A stretch of 24,000 bases of DNA from contig REDL01000052.1 in the NCBI GenBank assembly GCA_007693505.1, forward strand, positions 51,748 to 75,747, in the 5' to 3' direction. The position numbers and the translations under genes were made by a program. The stretch comes from Desulfovibrionales bacterium (GTDB taxonomy: Bacteria > Desulfobacterota > Desulfovibrionia > Desulfovibrionales > Desulfonatronaceae). Positions 23,677-24,000 of the stretch are shown piece after piece. How positions within the stretch are numbered: the first letter of the stretch is position 1; the number at the start of each line of letters is the position of its first letter. The notes under the pieces are model-generated. The model did not search any database. It was not told the DNA's origin and saw only the letters and a list, made by a program, of their open reading frames with translations.

Positions 23677-24000
23677 TTATTCGTTGTTTTTGGTGGATGG
23701 CTGCGCTTCAGGGAGATGGAGATCATTCAGAAAGTTGCGCTTGGCTGGATGCTCCGCCCTGGTGGTCGTTGCCGAACGCCTGGAATCCGCCTTGGGAGTC
23801 CGTTCCGGGCGAAAAAATTGGCGCTCCATGCTCCGTTGGTACGAAGTCCAAGAGGTTTCTTCGGGCAGGTCTTCCACAAGCTGGGAGGTCATGTTCACCT
23901 TGGCGTCCAGGTTGTCGGCGTAGTGCAGGATCAGGGCTTCGGTGGTTTTGGGGCGACGCGGCGAGCCATACTCGTATTCACCGTGGTGGCTGACCAGCAA
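23677..24000 (-). CDS. HD-domain phosphohydrolase, C-terminal part (YhaM-like; 5' end outside the window)
   Basis: [34 protein letters not shown] is the conserved C-terminal HD-domain segment of YhaM/Cbf1-type proteins. The ORF runs off the right edge. It lies 17 nt upstream of tmk on the same strand. Confidence 0.75.
   Translation of the reverse strand: MLVSHHGEYEYGSPRRPKTTEALILHYADNLDAKVNMTSQLVEDLPEETSWTSYQRSMERQFFRPERTPKADSRRSATTTRAEHPAKRNFLNDLHLPEAQPSTKNNE

Noticed and set aside
1-24000. Scan for tRNA, rRNA, CRISPR arrays, IS elements, integrases and long direct repeats
   Set aside because: I saw no T-loop or acceptor-like tRNA signatures, no regularly spaced repeats, and no transposase or integrase-like ORFs by eye. 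The three hsp20 genes are paralogous, but they have diverged too far to count as DNA repeats.

Overview
The window looks like a Desulfovibrionales-type deltaproteobacterial chromosome; that taxon is inferred from gene content and GC only. Positions 1-14.6 kb are tightly packed housekeeping genes. On the minus strand: nusB-ribH-ribBA-ribE-ribD, a dCMP deaminase and glyA as one overlapping block, then fabF-acpP-fabG-fabH-plsX-rpmF-yceD. rpmB is on the plus strand, followed by gltX and a small NifU-like gene on the minus strand. Positions 14.8-22.3 kb are accessory. They hold a Phd/YefM-ParE toxin-antitoxin pair, then a markedly GC-rich 2.5 kb block carrying hgcA, hgcB and an ATP-grasp ligase. 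hgcA encodes a corrinoid membrane protein with the NVWCAGGKG cap-helix motif. hgcB encodes a 2x[4Fe-4S] ferredoxin ending in Cys-Cys. Together they are the mercury-methylation gene pair. Downstream are an unknown polytopic membrane protein with a Met-rich exported protein, tspO, three tandem hsp20 genes and a divergent SAM methyltransferase. tmk and a partial HD-domain gene close the window. The main finding is hgcAB and its context. The hgcA frame continues upstream, without any canonical start, to an in-frame TGA that is preceded by Cys and followed by a strong GUG-loop hairpin. Beyond the TGA the frame stays open to an ATG. This could be a Cys-Sec N-terminal extension, or a Pro-rich leader ORF plus a 5' UTR hairpin. 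I saw no rRNA, tRNA, CRISPR array, transposase or integrase.
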